A stretch of 64,000 nucleotides of DNA from Porphyridium purpureum (taxonomy: Eukaryota), in contig VRMN01000003.1 in the NCBI GenBank assembly GCA_008690995.1, positions 1,550,001-1,614,000 on the forward strand, in the 5' to 3' direction. Under the pieces are notes generated by a model. It saw nothing but the letters and a program-made list of their open reading frames with translations. It was not told where the DNA came from and did not search any database. Position numbers and translations under genes: made by a program. Below, in pieces: positions 47,993 to 57,845 of this stretch. Numbering within the stretch: the stretch's first letter is position 1; the number at the start of each line of letters is the position of its first letter.

Positions 47993-49102
47993 ATGGAGGA
48001 GCGGTCAATAATTATAGAGGAGCTCGCGTCAGCACGTGACAGGATTGAGATTGAGCGCTTTTGTCTAGCGGGCGACGCGTGGCAATACTATCGTACGTTG
48101 TCGGCGCGGCCGCCGCCGACAAAACGGCAGCGGACATCAGGTCTGAATTATAGTCAACTGCATCATGCTGGACAGAATGATCACGTACTCGCCCCGCGGC
48201 CGTCGAGGTTTGTGGATGTTGATATGCAAGCCGCGCGAGTGGACGGCAGCCACCGGTTCACTGCAAGCGAAGCGCCCGAAGTCCTGTCACGAGTGCAGGA
48301 GCAAATGCAGCAACTACGGTCACACTTGATGTGGAGTCCAGAGCCATTCGTGCAAGACTGGAATTCCGTCGAAACATTTTTGAGCCTTTGCTCGGATGCA
48401 GCGGTGCGGCACTCTGGTTTTGGCTTAATGCCTGCGAGTGAGGCTCGCTGTCTTGAGATTCTCGCGCAAGTCGGGATACAGTGTGCTCTGCAGGCATTGA
48501 GGAAAATGGATGAATTCAAAGGCGACAGAAATACTGAACGGGTGTGTCCGGCGAGTACTCAAGTCGATCGAACTGTGACTCTGCTCCATGAAGCGATAGA
48601 AAACTCGCTAAAAATAGGGGAGCGCGTTTCGTGGACGGACAACCTAATCGCATTGTTTAACGCTGGCTTAGCAGAGTACGGAAGATTCTTTGACAAGATT
48701 CACGCGGCATACTTCCTTGGCATGGAAATCTCCGTTCGTGATCTTGTCATGTTTTATTTTCAGCATCATAAGCAAAGGCAAACTTATGGAGGCCTTCGAG
48801 ATGCAGGACATATGCGTGCAGCCGAGGTACCCGCGAAAAGTATCGGGCCACCGAGCCTCTTGAGAAACGTCCTCATCCCAAAGGGCAGAAGCGTGCTGGA
48901 ATACGAGCGAGCCCTGCCGAAGTACTTTGTGGGCCTGTATAGTGAAGAGCATGTCTTGGACTGCGTCCACGCACTCGCCGTCTCAAATGGTGATGGCTTT
49001 AGCGCAGGCGCTGTGTGCACCCGACTACTTGCGAAGTTACAAGAGCAACGCGCGACGAGAAGTGAAAAGGCCAGGCTCGCGGAGGACATGGACCGTTTCT
49101 GA
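47993..49102 (+). CDS. ELM2-SANT domain protein (MIER/CoREST/MTA-like)
   Basis: ELM2-like LMWSP...ETFL...EARCLEIL...ALQAL; SANT-like WTDNLIALFNAGLAEYGRFFDKIH...VRDLVMFYF. Confidence 0.7.
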   Translation: MEERSIIIEELASARDRIEIERFCLAGDAWQYYRTLSARPPPTKRQRTSGLNYSQLHHAGQNDHVLAPRPSRFVDVDMQAARVDGSHRFTASEAPEVLSRVQEQMQQLRSHLMWSPEPFVQDWNSVETFLSLCSDAAVRHSGFGLMPASEARCLEILAQVGIQCALQALRKMDEFKGDRNTERVCPASTQVDRTVTLLHEAIENSLKIGERVSWTDNLIALFNAGLAEYGRFFDKIHAAYFLGMEISVRDLVMFYFQHHKQRQTYGGLRDAGHMRAAEVPAKSIGPPSLLRNVLIPKGRSVLEYERALPKYFVGLYSEEHVLDCVHALAVSNGDGFSAGAVCTRLLAKLQEQRATRSEKARLAEDMDRF

Positions 49103-49293
49103 ACTCGCGCGCTGTGATAGCTTGCGCTCACGTCATTGTCAAATACGTTGCGCAAGTGAGTATTGGCATTCCTGTGGCGGACATAATTCTGTGCTTGTGG
49201 ATCGCTGCATTGATAATTGGCGTCAGAACACAACGTTTCAATAAACTCTGAGCAGCAGTTCGTCTCGGGTATACGACACCATTCGCTTGATAA

Positions 49294-50103
49294 TTAAGTT
49301 AAAATGACGAGCATCGTGAGAACGACAAGTGCAACCGTAAGAAGAATGATCGTGCACATTTGACCCTTGCTTGTTTCCTCAATCATTTTGTTCAGTTTTT
49401 GCTGCACGGCTCTGAAGCGTGATAACGTGGAATCCATTTCTGTGTCGATGTCATCCAGAATTTCCCCCTGTCGGCTGAGCTCCAAATGCATTTCCTTGCC
49501 CATATTCCCTATTCGCTTCACAGACTTTCCCAACTCACCCAATTCAACGTCCTGCTCCTGCATGATCAAGTCCTGCTGAAGCGCTTCGTTCCGCACAAAA
49601 TCGTCATTCTTCGAACTGGACGGAGCAGCGCTAAGAACGCTAGGTCCGGTGAAACCAGCCCCGGTCTTTACGGAGCCGCTGCTCCCGGATCGAGCAGCAG
49701 GTGCCTGATGGCTAGCGCTCTGTTGCAGCTTTGCGTTTCTTCGTGCGCGATCGATTTTGTTCTTAACTTCAGTCGAGCCGACATGCTTCTTAATCTTCGC
49801 CGCCTGGCTCTGCATTTCCGACACAAACTCACGCCGCTCCTGCGCCTCGAGTGCGCTAACATTGAAGCGCGCCGGGTTGCTTTCCACGACGCGCACCGTT
49901 TCGTCCAGGTCCTGCAGATCCCACTCCACGCTGCGCAGCGTTCCGAGCAGCGCCGATGTTTTCAACTCCAAGTCGCTCGCCACGGCTGTCGTCCCATCCG
50001 CATGGGCCAGCTTGATCCAGTCCGCATACGCGTCCTGAATCTTGCTCATCGAGTGCTGCACCTCGGCACGCACTACGTAGAACGGGTCTCCGGACGCGTT
50101 CAT
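49294..50103 (-). CDS. STX6: Syntaxin-6/SYP61/Tlg1 Qc-SNARE
   Basis: DPFYVVRAEVQ, WDLQDLDETV..VE.NP.RF, a SNARE motif and a C-terminal TM helix. Confidence 0.93.
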   Translation of the reverse strand: MNASGDPFYVVRAEVQHSMSKIQDAYADWIKLAHADGTTAVASDLELKTSALLGTLRSVEWDLQDLDETVRVVESNPARFNVSALEAQERREFVSEMQSQAAKIKKHVGSTEVKNKIDRARRNAKLQQSASHQAPAARSGSSGSVKTGAGFTGPSVLSAAPSSSKNDDFVRNEALQQDLIMQEQDVELGELGKSVKRIGNMGKEMHLELSRQGEILDDIDTEMDSTLSRFRAVQQKLNKMIEETSKGQMCTIILLTVALVVLTMLVILT

Positions 50104-50238
50104 CTTTCGTGTCCCACTCCAAACTCTGCAGACAGATGCTTCGTGTCACGCTTATCAGCCCGATGTCCTTGAGGACACAAGTCATTCCTTGCGTGAAATA
50201 GACTTGTTGATTCGTTCGTGAAGGTGAAGGGTGCTGCG

Positions 50239-50778
50239 ATGGCGAGTGAAGAGACGGGCGGGACTGGGGCGGTAGCATCGCCGCAGGGAGCGACCAGACT
50301 TGACGCGCCTAGCGTGGGCCCGCCGGTTCTGGTCAAGTACAGGCTGGACGGGTTCTACGATGAATTGAGAAAGAGTGCGCTGCGCTCGACGTTTCTGCAA
50401 GCACTGGAGGATGTGCACCCACGAACAGACTCGGCGCCGATCAAGCCGCGTTGCCGCGCGGGGCCGCTGATGGAGCTCGTAATTCAGAGACGACAGGAAG
50501 ACGTTCCGGTGCCAAGCGCGGCGAGGGCCATCCACCCGTTTGCAGCCGAGCTGCTAGAGAGCGTGGTGAATTTTCAGCCCGGCACCAAGGACGAACGACT
50601 CGAGCTGCCTGCGTGGATTCACGAGCAGCAGCCATGGCAGGATGACCGCAAGGTGCGCAGAAAGCGTCAGAAGAGTAAAAAGAAGCGCAAGCGGAAGCAC
50701 AGAGACGACGGAGAAGGAAGGAAAAGGAGACGCGGGTCCCCGGGTGAGGCTGACGACGACGCGGTGGTTGCACTATGA
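50239..50778 (+). CDS. MED19: Mediator subunit Med19-like
   Basis: LVKYRLDGFYDEL...FL...LMELV...IHPF...FQPG followed by a KKKRKRKH basic tail, the Med19 layout. Confidence 0.6.
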   Translation: MASEETGGTGAVASPQGATRLDAPSVGPPVLVKYRLDGFYDELRKSALRSTFLQALEDVHPRTDSAPIKPRCRAGPLMELVIQRRQEDVPVPSAARAIHPFAAELLESVVNFQPGTKDERLELPAWIHEQQPWQDDRKVRRKRQKSKKKRKRKHRDDGEGRKRRRGSPGEADDDAVVAL

Positions 50779-50817
50779 GTCAAAGCCCTGAGTAAAACTC
50801 TTTCATTATGTATGGCT

Positions 50818-52002
50818 TTATAGCTGAACATCTATATCGTCATAATAATCGCGCAACAAGCGATAAATATACGACGGGTTGTATCCTCCTGTGTTAGTGA
50901 TCAGCAGTGTCACAAACTCCGGTGGCACGACGTCAAACGCTGGACTAATGACTTTGACATTGTCGAGATGTGCAACCTCTGCATAGCTTGCGACGGATTC
51001 GGGAGAGAGGAGGTCGTTGAGGGCGATCCGGTCGTGTGGGAAGAGAGGCGTCAACTTGTACATGCCAGCGCATGCAATCACAGGCTTGGCGTGCATTTTT
51101 GCCGCACCGAGCATGAGATGCACGCCTGACGCTGTCAGTAAAGCTCCGTTCGCCATGACTGCATGGGCGCCTACCACTACTTTATGCACGCGCGACATGA
51201 TTGCAAACACAGCCGAGTCCGGAATAACGGTCACATCAAGACTGCCTCCGTTCTCAGCAGTGGACGCCAGCTTGCGCGCGAGGCCCTGCCCTTTACACGA
51301 CGGCGCAGCCTCAGCCACTATCACTTCAAAGTGACGCTTCTTCGCGGCCTCAAGAAGAAAGAGCTCCACTGTCACTGACCAGCCGTAGGTCAAAATAACC
51401 TCGTTTGCGTGGATGTGCGCAAGCGCCTGCTCCACAATGTTGTCCGAAGTTGTTTCGATCTCATTCTCATATTCTAGGACCGCCTCAATCATAGCTTTCC
51501 TCGCCGATCTGCACACGGCGGATATCGTGTTGACCCCCTGACGCATTTCATCACCGTCCATGATATCCGCCAAGTTTCGCCGAAACGAGTCGGATGTGGA
51601 CAGTTGAGCAAACTCACTTGCAATATTGACTGGAACAGCAGATTCGTCAGTACGCAGACCTTCAGTGCTTTGTCGCTCGCGCTGGTGGCGCAGCAACGCG
51701 AGTTGGAACTCTTCCCGCGCTATCCGGAGCACACGCCGGACGGTGTTCTCGACGACAAACGCAAGCTCCGAGGCGCGGTGAAGGCGCCGCCCGACAATAC
51801 GGATTGCTTCAAGGCATACATCCATCCCTTGGATTGCCATTTTCGACACGACGGTCCGCAACAGCTTGGCCGTATTCATTGCCACCAAACTCGACTGCAC
51901 CAACGGCTCCTGCCGCAACTGCTTGGCCAGAATCTCGAGCGCTGCTTCGACTTCGGACGGTAGCGCAACCACGGGCGCACGGCCTTCATCCTGGGGTCCC
52001 AT
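50818..52002 (-). CDS. EIF2B2: Translation initiation factor eIF2B beta subunit
   Basis: VVENTVRRVL, HIHANEVILTYG.S.TV, PDSAVFAIMSRVHKV, YKLTP, NPSYIYRL. Confidence 0.95.
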   Translation of the reverse strand: MGPQDEGRAPVVALPSEVEAALEILAKQLRQEPLVQSSLVAMNTAKLLRTVVSKMAIQGMDVCLEAIRIVGRRLHRASELAFVVENTVRRVLRIAREEFQLALLRHQRERQSTEGLRTDESAVPVNIASEFAQLSTSDSFRRNLADIMDGDEMRQGVNTISAVCRSARKAMIEAVLEYENEIETTSDNIVEQALAHIHANEVILTYGWSVTVELFLLEAAKKRHFEVIVAEAAPSCKGQGLARKLASTAENGGSLDVTVIPDSAVFAIMSRVHKVVVGAHAVMANGALLTASGVHLMLGAAKMHAKPVIACAGMYKLTPLFPHDRIALNDLLSPESVASYAEVAHLDNVKVISPAFDVVPPEFVTLLITNTGGYNPSYIYRLLRDYYDDIDVQL

Positions 52003-52124
52003 ACTTCGAGGAATTTGGAAATCAAAACACACAACGCGTCCCCGTTCCGTCCCGATCCCACACCACTTTCAATGTTGTCCACTGCGGAAATAAGACATCG
52101 CGTTTATTGTTCTTGAGAGAGAGG

Positions 52125-54404
52125 CTAGCCACTGAAGCGCCTGTGCGCAGCTTGCGGATGAAGGGACGCCGCATCCATCTGGAGCAAGTCCTGATGGCAG
52201 TAGCGGATGCGGTTAAGGAACAAGAAAACAAACACATGCAGCAAGATCATGTAGAAGAAGGTGAACATGCGCAAGTTACGGTTGCTCATGAGCTGTTCTC
52301 CGGCGCGCAGCGTGAATCGATCCGCCACATTCATTTCATTCAGCCGCCGCTGACGCTCTGCACGGTTAAAAAGCGCGTACGGGTTCGCGGTCGAGCCGCT
52401 GTAGCCGCTGTTGCCGCTGCTCTCGTACATCCTTTCGTATTTGTCCACAACAAAATTGGAAGCGCCACCCATTTCTTCGTCTCGGGAAGCAGAAGATGCA
52501 TTCGCATACCCACCCTGCTGTTGGTAGTTCTGGACATACTTGAGCTTCTGGAATAGCACTACCGAGTCCGATTTTACAGACTCTATCTCGCGCTTCGCTT
52601 CATCAAGACGCTGCGCCAATGAGTGATTCTCTTGCTCGAGCTCACGCACACGCGCACGAAAGCGGTCTCGTTGCCCGGAAACAATATCCAGCATGGAGGG
52701 CTCCCGCTCGGGCGTGTTCACGCTGCTCACGTTCGATTTGTGCGTCGCAGTCGCGACAGCTCCGGAAGCCAGACTTTCCCGATCCAGAAGGCCAATCGTC
52801 TCTCCTCCCCACTCGTCCCACGCGAGTTCTGACTTGTTCCGATTTGCACGGGAAGACTTAGTATCGGAATCTCCCGGCGATCCCTCGGCGAGGGTCATTT
52901 TGGAAATGCTATTCTCCAACCGCGCGACGAGCACCTGCTGGTCTTCTAGCGACTCAGTCAGTTGTTCAACGGCACGCTTGGCGTCTTCAAGTTGAGCACT
53001 CTTTTCAAGATTTTCGTTGCGCAAGTGCGCAAGTTTTCCATCTAACAATTTGACTCGTTCCGTCAACCGCTGCTCGATGGACGGATACGGCGACGAATCA
53101 TCAGCTCCGCCCGTGGGACCGAAGTGATCGCTGCCCTTGGTGAGCTCAAAGTGCATTGACTGCATCGCTTCCAGCTCGACTTTCATCCGCTCATAAGTCG
53201 ATTTTGACGGCGCGTGCCGCAGCTGATCTTCCAGTTGTGCGATTTTGGCGTTTCTCTGCGCCAAAGCGTCTGTCAGCTTCTTAAATTCGAGGCTTCCGCT
53301 CGCATCCTTGTGTTGTAGAGACGCCATGAGCGTCTGCAGTTGCTCCTGGAGACCTACAATAAGCACGTCTTTCGACGCCAACTCAATGCGCAGCCGCTCG
53401 GCTTCGTTCGACGCGCTGGCCAACTGCTGCTGTGCCACAACCGCACCGCCTTCCGATTCAAAGTGGCGCACCCGATGTCGGAGAGAAGTCACCTCAGCGC
53501 GCGATCGCATAAGCTCCTCTTCCGTACGCTCAAGCTCATTCATCCGGAGAGCCTTTGCCACGCTAAGCTTGGACTTGGACTCGGTCAGCTCTTGTCGAAG
53601 CTGCTCATTTTGTTTTCGTAGCCCAGTCTGCTCGTCACGTTCTTCGCTCACGCGCGCAAGAAGCTCGTTTTCTTTGATTCGCCACGCTTGCATCTCTGCC
53701 TCGCGTTGGTTGATCCAGTCGGCGCGCATTTGGGTCACGCGCGCTTCGAACTGCTGCACGAGCTCTTCTCTTTCCGCACTCATTTGCTTCTCGTACTCAC
53801 GAATCATCTCCTGGTTTTCGCTCACGCGGGAATTCATCTGATCTACACGTACGACCTCCTTGTGTGCGGCAGCAAGCTGGTCTTGAAGTTCAAATATACG
53901 CAGCTCATTCCGCAGCTCCTGTTCCAGTCCATCCACGGGGTTGGGCAGCTCATACATGCTACGATATACGCTGTAGTACTCTGCCTCCACAAATTTGGCG
54001 CGACCAGTGAGCGCGTCAATCTCGCCCTGGTATTCCTTGAGCAGTGCGATCACTGCTTTGGACAAATCCGGTGGGCACTCTGTCGCGCTGTTGAGCGTTC
54101 GCTTGAGCGCTCGCGTGCTCTCGGCGAGCATCTTGCGCGCTTTCAAGGACGCATTCTGTTTCTCGGCAATCGCGAGGGCCGCTGCGTCCATTTCGGAACG
54201 CCGAGTGTCTAAATCAAACGTGCGCCATGCCTCCAGCACGAGCAACGCCGACAACGACTCACCCTGTGGTGCGACATGCTCTGCTGGATGCTCTTGTGCT
54301 GTGCCGGCCTCCGGCACGGAAACTGTCGCTTCTTGCGCAGTCCCCACTGCTTCCGACGGCCCGACGGGATTCGGCGGGCCATGCTCGGCACGCTCAGACT
54401 CCAT
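52125..54404 (-). CDS. CASP: Golgin CASP/Coy1
   Basis: LLKEYQGEIDALT.RAK, LPNP, long coiled coils, IVSGQRDRFR, LFQKLKYVQNY, and a C-terminal TM with FFYMILLH. Confidence 0.93.
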   Translation of the reverse strand: MESERAEHGPPNPVGPSEAVGTAQEATVSVPEAGTAQEHPAEHVAPQGESLSALLVLEAWRTFDLDTRRSEMDAAALAIAEKQNASLKARKMLAESTRALKRTLNSATECPPDLSKAVIALLKEYQGEIDALTGRAKFVEAEYYSVYRSMYELPNPVDGLEQELRNELRIFELQDQLAAAHKEVVRVDQMNSRVSENQEMIREYEKQMSAEREELVQQFEARVTQMRADWINQREAEMQAWRIKENELLARVSEERDEQTGLRKQNEQLRQELTESKSKLSVAKALRMNELERTEEELMRSRAEVTSLRHRVRHFESEGGAVVAQQQLASASNEAERLRIELASKDVLIVGLQEQLQTLMASLQHKDASGSLEFKKLTDALAQRNAKIAQLEDQLRHAPSKSTYERMKVELEAMQSMHFELTKGSDHFGPTGGADDSSPYPSIEQRLTERVKLLDGKLAHLRNENLEKSAQLEDAKRAVEQLTESLEDQQVLVARLENSISKMTLAEGSPGDSDTKSSRANRNKSELAWDEWGGETIGLLDRESLASGAVATATHKSNVSSVNTPEREPSMLDIVSGQRDRFRARVRELEQENHSLAQRLDEAKREIESVKSDSVVLFQKLKYVQNYQQQGGYANASSASRDEEMGGASNFVVDKYERMYESSGNSGYSGSTANPYALFNRAERQRRLNEMNVADRFTLRAGEQLMSNRNLRMFTFFYMILLHVFVFLFLNRIRYCHQDLLQMDAASLHPQAAHRRFSG

Positions 54405-54677
54405 GTTCTCCGTTGAAAACGTCCGCTGCGTCGCTGTCTTTCGTCACTCTTCTTGCGAACTGAAGTCCCAGCCGCAGCATTCAGGAAGACTCGAGCCATT
54501 TCCACACGCATTCCCATATCAAACGGATGCGGTTTGCTATGAAAACGCGTCTGACTGTGACGATCAAAAACGCAGGTGTGACGGGCAAGCAAGGGGAAGA
54601 GGGAACGACGAGACGACGAGCAAGGGAGAAGAGACGGAAGAGACGGAGGGAGAAGGCGACGAGACGAGCGGGGGAGA

Positions 54678-56294
54678 ATGGCGCATCCTGAAGATGGAGA
54701 TACGCTGCCTGCTCGGAAAGACAGCGAGGCAGCGGTTGCGAGTGTGAAGGACCCGTTTCTGTACGAGTTGTTGGGCGTGCCAGTCGGGACGAGTAATGGC
54801 AGTGTGTTGAAGAAGGCGTACTACGTGCGCGCGCGAGACTTGCACCCGGATAAGAATCTGCAGGATGAGGCGGCAACTGAGCGCTTCCAGACGCTGGGTG
54901 AGGCGTACCAGATTCTGTCAGATGATGAGTCGCGGAAGCTGTACAACCAGTTGGGGTGGAAGGCATATAAGGATAGAACAAGTTCGGGCGAGACCATGGA
55001 CATGTCCGTGCTCTTCACGATGCTTTTCGGAAATGAAAAGTTTGAGGACTACTGCGGCACATTCAACATATTGGAGCTGGCCAAGATGGCTCAGGAGGAG
55101 GAAGAGCAGGCGACGAGTGAAAATGGGGACGGCGAAGGGCATTCCGCCGAGGAGGCAGCGAAGGAACGCGAGGCCAAAAAGGCCGAACTGGAAGAGATGG
55201 AAAAGGCTAAGTTGGAACAGCTCGTCCAGAATTTGCTGAATAAGGTACGCTTGTACGTAGACGGACAGCACGCAGAGTTTATGGAGAAAGTGCGCGCTGA
55301 AGCTGAAGAGCTCATCCACACAACGTTCGGTGGTCCGATATTGACCATCTTGGGATCGGTCTACCTTCAGCGCGCCAACATTTTTCTCGGCAGGCAGACC
55401 AAATTCGGCTTTGGCGGCAGTCTGGCGTCCATGAAATACAGCTACAACTTGATGGGTTCGCAGTTGCGTACGGTCATATCGGCCTATAAAGTCGTGCAGC
55501 GCCAGCAGAACATGCAGGAATATCTAGAGCATCAGAACAACAAGGAAGAAAGCAGCGAGGCCGTCCAAAACGATGAACCTAGTGAAGCGGTTGATGCGGC
55601 CGAGCAGCGCGAAGATAAGCAGCCGGAAGGCGGAGAGGAGGACGAAGCGGTCGAAGTCGACGAGCTCGCCGCGAAAGTAGCTCAGAAGAGCGCCATTGAT
55701 ATAATTGAATTGTTGTGGAGCGTCACGTCGCTAGATATCCTCACCACGGCAGATCAAGTCACCAAGCGAGTGTTGGACGAAGCTACTGTCGGGGAGGACG
55801 TTCCGAACGAAGTGAAAGATGAATTCTTTGCGCTTCTCGGTCAGAAAATGACAGCTGCTGTGGGAGAAGCAAGCAAAGACAAGGGGAGCTCAGCAGATGG
55901 CGTCGAAGTTCGTACAGGAAATGCACCGTCACCGACCTGGAGCCGGCTGTGGGGTGCCATTCAAAGCGGGTGGAGTGGCAAGCCTCAGCTCGCGGAAGGT
56001 CAGCGGCCTTTAACAAAGGGCGATGTGTTACGTGCACGAGCTGCCGCGCTTCGAACACTTGGTGAAGTATTCATGGAAGTCGGGGTGCGTTCTTCTGCAA
56101 GCGACGAAGTTCTCAAGGCACTCGGAATGGAGAAGAAGGAGGCAGAAGAGCTTGAATCCATGGCGTTGAAGATGGAGGAGGACGAACGAGCGCGCAAAAA
56201 GGCGGAGAAGGAGAGAGAGGCATTAGAGCGACGGAAAGATAATTCAGCAAAGAAAATTGCGGCCGCAGAAGGCGTCGCGTCGAGTGAGTCGTGA
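54678..56294 (+). CDS. DnaJ protein with DnaJ-X domain (Djp1/Caj1/ATJ10-like)
   Basis: HPDKN J domain, FQ.LGEAYQILSD, LFGNEKFEDY.G, LW....LDI..T, RARAAAL..LG. Confidence 0.9.
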   Translation: MAHPEDGDTLPARKDSEAAVASVKDPFLYELLGVPVGTSNGSVLKKAYYVRARDLHPDKNLQDEAATERFQTLGEAYQILSDDESRKLYNQLGWKAYKDRTSSGETMDMSVLFTMLFGNEKFEDYCGTFNILELAKMAQEEEEQATSENGDGEGHSAEEAAKEREAKKAELEEMEKAKLEQLVQNLLNKVRLYVDGQHAEFMEKVRAEAEELIHTTFGGPILTILGSVYLQRANIFLGRQTKFGFGGSLASMKYSYNLMGSQLRTVISAYKVVQRQQNMQEYLEHQNNKEESSEAVQNDEPSEAVDAAEQREDKQPEGGEEDEAVEVDELAAKVAQKSAIDIIELLWSVTSLDILTTADQVTKRVLDEATVGEDVPNEVKDEFFALLGQKMTAAVGEASKDKGSSADGVEVRTGNAPSPTWSRLWGAIQSGWSGKPQLAEGQRPLTKGDVLRARAAALRTLGEVFMEVGVRSSASDEVLKALGMEKKEAEELESMALKMEEDERARKKAEKEREALERRKDNSAKKIAAAEGVASSES

Positions 56295-56681
56295 AGCCTG
56301 ACTTGCGAAATTTCGGATTTTGATCGGGGCACGTGAAGCATACATCATTGTGCGGGCGAAAATTGTTCTCGTATGATGGTGAAGAACCAGTCTTAAACGA
56401 GCTGATTCGTCTGCGGCCACGTGACTCATGTTGAGGATCCGTGTCTCTTGTGGGCTCATGCGAAATTTGCCGTTCGTGGGCTACAATAAAAAGTGGTCGG
56501 ATTTGTAGGAGTTGTAACCCCGGATTTACACTCGCGGCTTAAAAGTTAGTCACCTGATAAACCTGCGCTTTAATGCACAATCTCAAAATCGATCTTGCCG
56601 CCACCGTGAGGTCTGCGAAGCTCGACGGATGACGCGCAGCTACCGTTCCGTCGCTGCAAAGTATACCGACGGGGCGATTTT

Positions 56682-57845
56682 TCACTTCTTCCTCACCAGT
56701 ACTTCGGACCTGCGGCCCAAGGTGATCTGTGCCCGGAACCCTCCTTCCCCGGTCAGCTTTACAGCTTCGCCATCCACCTGAAAATACCAAATTTTGCCTG
56801 GCTTGCCTTGAATGACAAAACTTGGGGCCTGCGCGACCCGCTTCCCCGTGTGATGAAATACCGCGGCCGAACCCTGATGTATCGAGCTGAAAAATGCAAT
56901 CGCCTCCAGTTGGCCGTCGCTCATACTTTGGGCATGAAATCCTTCAGTTTTGTGCAGGCAAGGCACGCAAGGCAATGACTCTCCTTTGTTGCCCCACACG
57001 TCGATACCTCCCATGTACGACGGAATATTCTGGATGATGATGGTTTGTGTCGGGCCCGGTAGCGGCACCGGAACAGCATCTTTTTCTGTGCCGGGGATCA
57101 CCTCGAGATAGCTCTTCACACGAAAGCCGCTCCCGTTGAACATGGTCGCAGTGCCCTTGGATGAGTAAATCATTTTGTTTCTGGTCCGCGACGTGAACTT
57201 CTCCGGGTGCTTCTGGCGCTCGTCTTCAAATGCGCGCGCAATCGCGGCATCGCATCCAAAACTGCAATAATTTTGAAACGGGAGGTCCATTGACCTTTCT
57301 CCAGCTGGCGCATTCTCCATCAGGTTTTCGAGTTTCATTTTCCAGCGATCAAGATGGATACACCCCGCCTCACGCACTTGCTGGACAAGCCGCTTTGCGT
57401 GTCCACCATCATACCCACCTCCCCACTGCGTCGCTCGAGCAAAGTCGTTGCCTGTGCCGAGCGGCAGGTGCGCGACAGGAATACGAACAAATGGGGGCAA
57501 GTGTTCCAGTTCGTCCATGCAGGCCAAAACCCACGCCACCGTTCCGTCGCCACCCGCAGCAATTACGCGGAAAAATGCACCCGTTGAGACAAACTCATGG
57601 TGAGGATTTTCTCTCACCGCGCTCGGCGCTTCCGAAACCAACGTCTTGAACGATTCCATCTGGCTCAGCAACTCCCACAGGCGCTCCAGCGCTTCTTGCT
57701 TGAGGCCCTGCTTGCCCTGCAAGAAATAGCATCGCTCGGCGCCGACTTCGTTGCTCATTTCCTGGAACACCTTTTCTCCCGCCTGGCCACCTGACTTTGG
57801 GTTGACCAGCACAAACACTTCGATGTCGTGCTTCTTGTTATCCAT
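56682..57845 (-). CDS. DGK: Diacylglycerol kinase
   Basis: VNPKSGG, AGGDGTVAW, LPLGTGNDFAR, NYCSFGCDA, NIPSYMGG, QVDGE. Confidence 0.95.
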   Translation of the reverse strand: MDNKKHDIEVFVLVNPKSGGQAGEKVFQEMSNEVGAERCYFLQGKQGLKQEALERLWELLSQMESFKTLVSEAPSAVRENPHHEFVSTGAFFRVIAAGGDGTVAWVLACMDELEHLPPFVRIPVAHLPLGTGNDFARATQWGGGYDGGHAKRLVQQVREAGCIHLDRWKMKLENLMENAPAGERSMDLPFQNYCSFGCDAAIARAFEDERQKHPEKFTSRTRNKMIYSSKGTATMFNGSGFRVKSYLEVIPGTEKDAVPVPLPGPTQTIIIQNIPSYMGGIDVWGNKGESLPCVPCLHKTEGFHAQSMSDGQLEAIAFFSSIHQGSAAVFHHTGKRVAQAPSFVIQGKPGKIWYFQVDGEAVKLTGEGGFRAQITLGRRSEVLVRKK

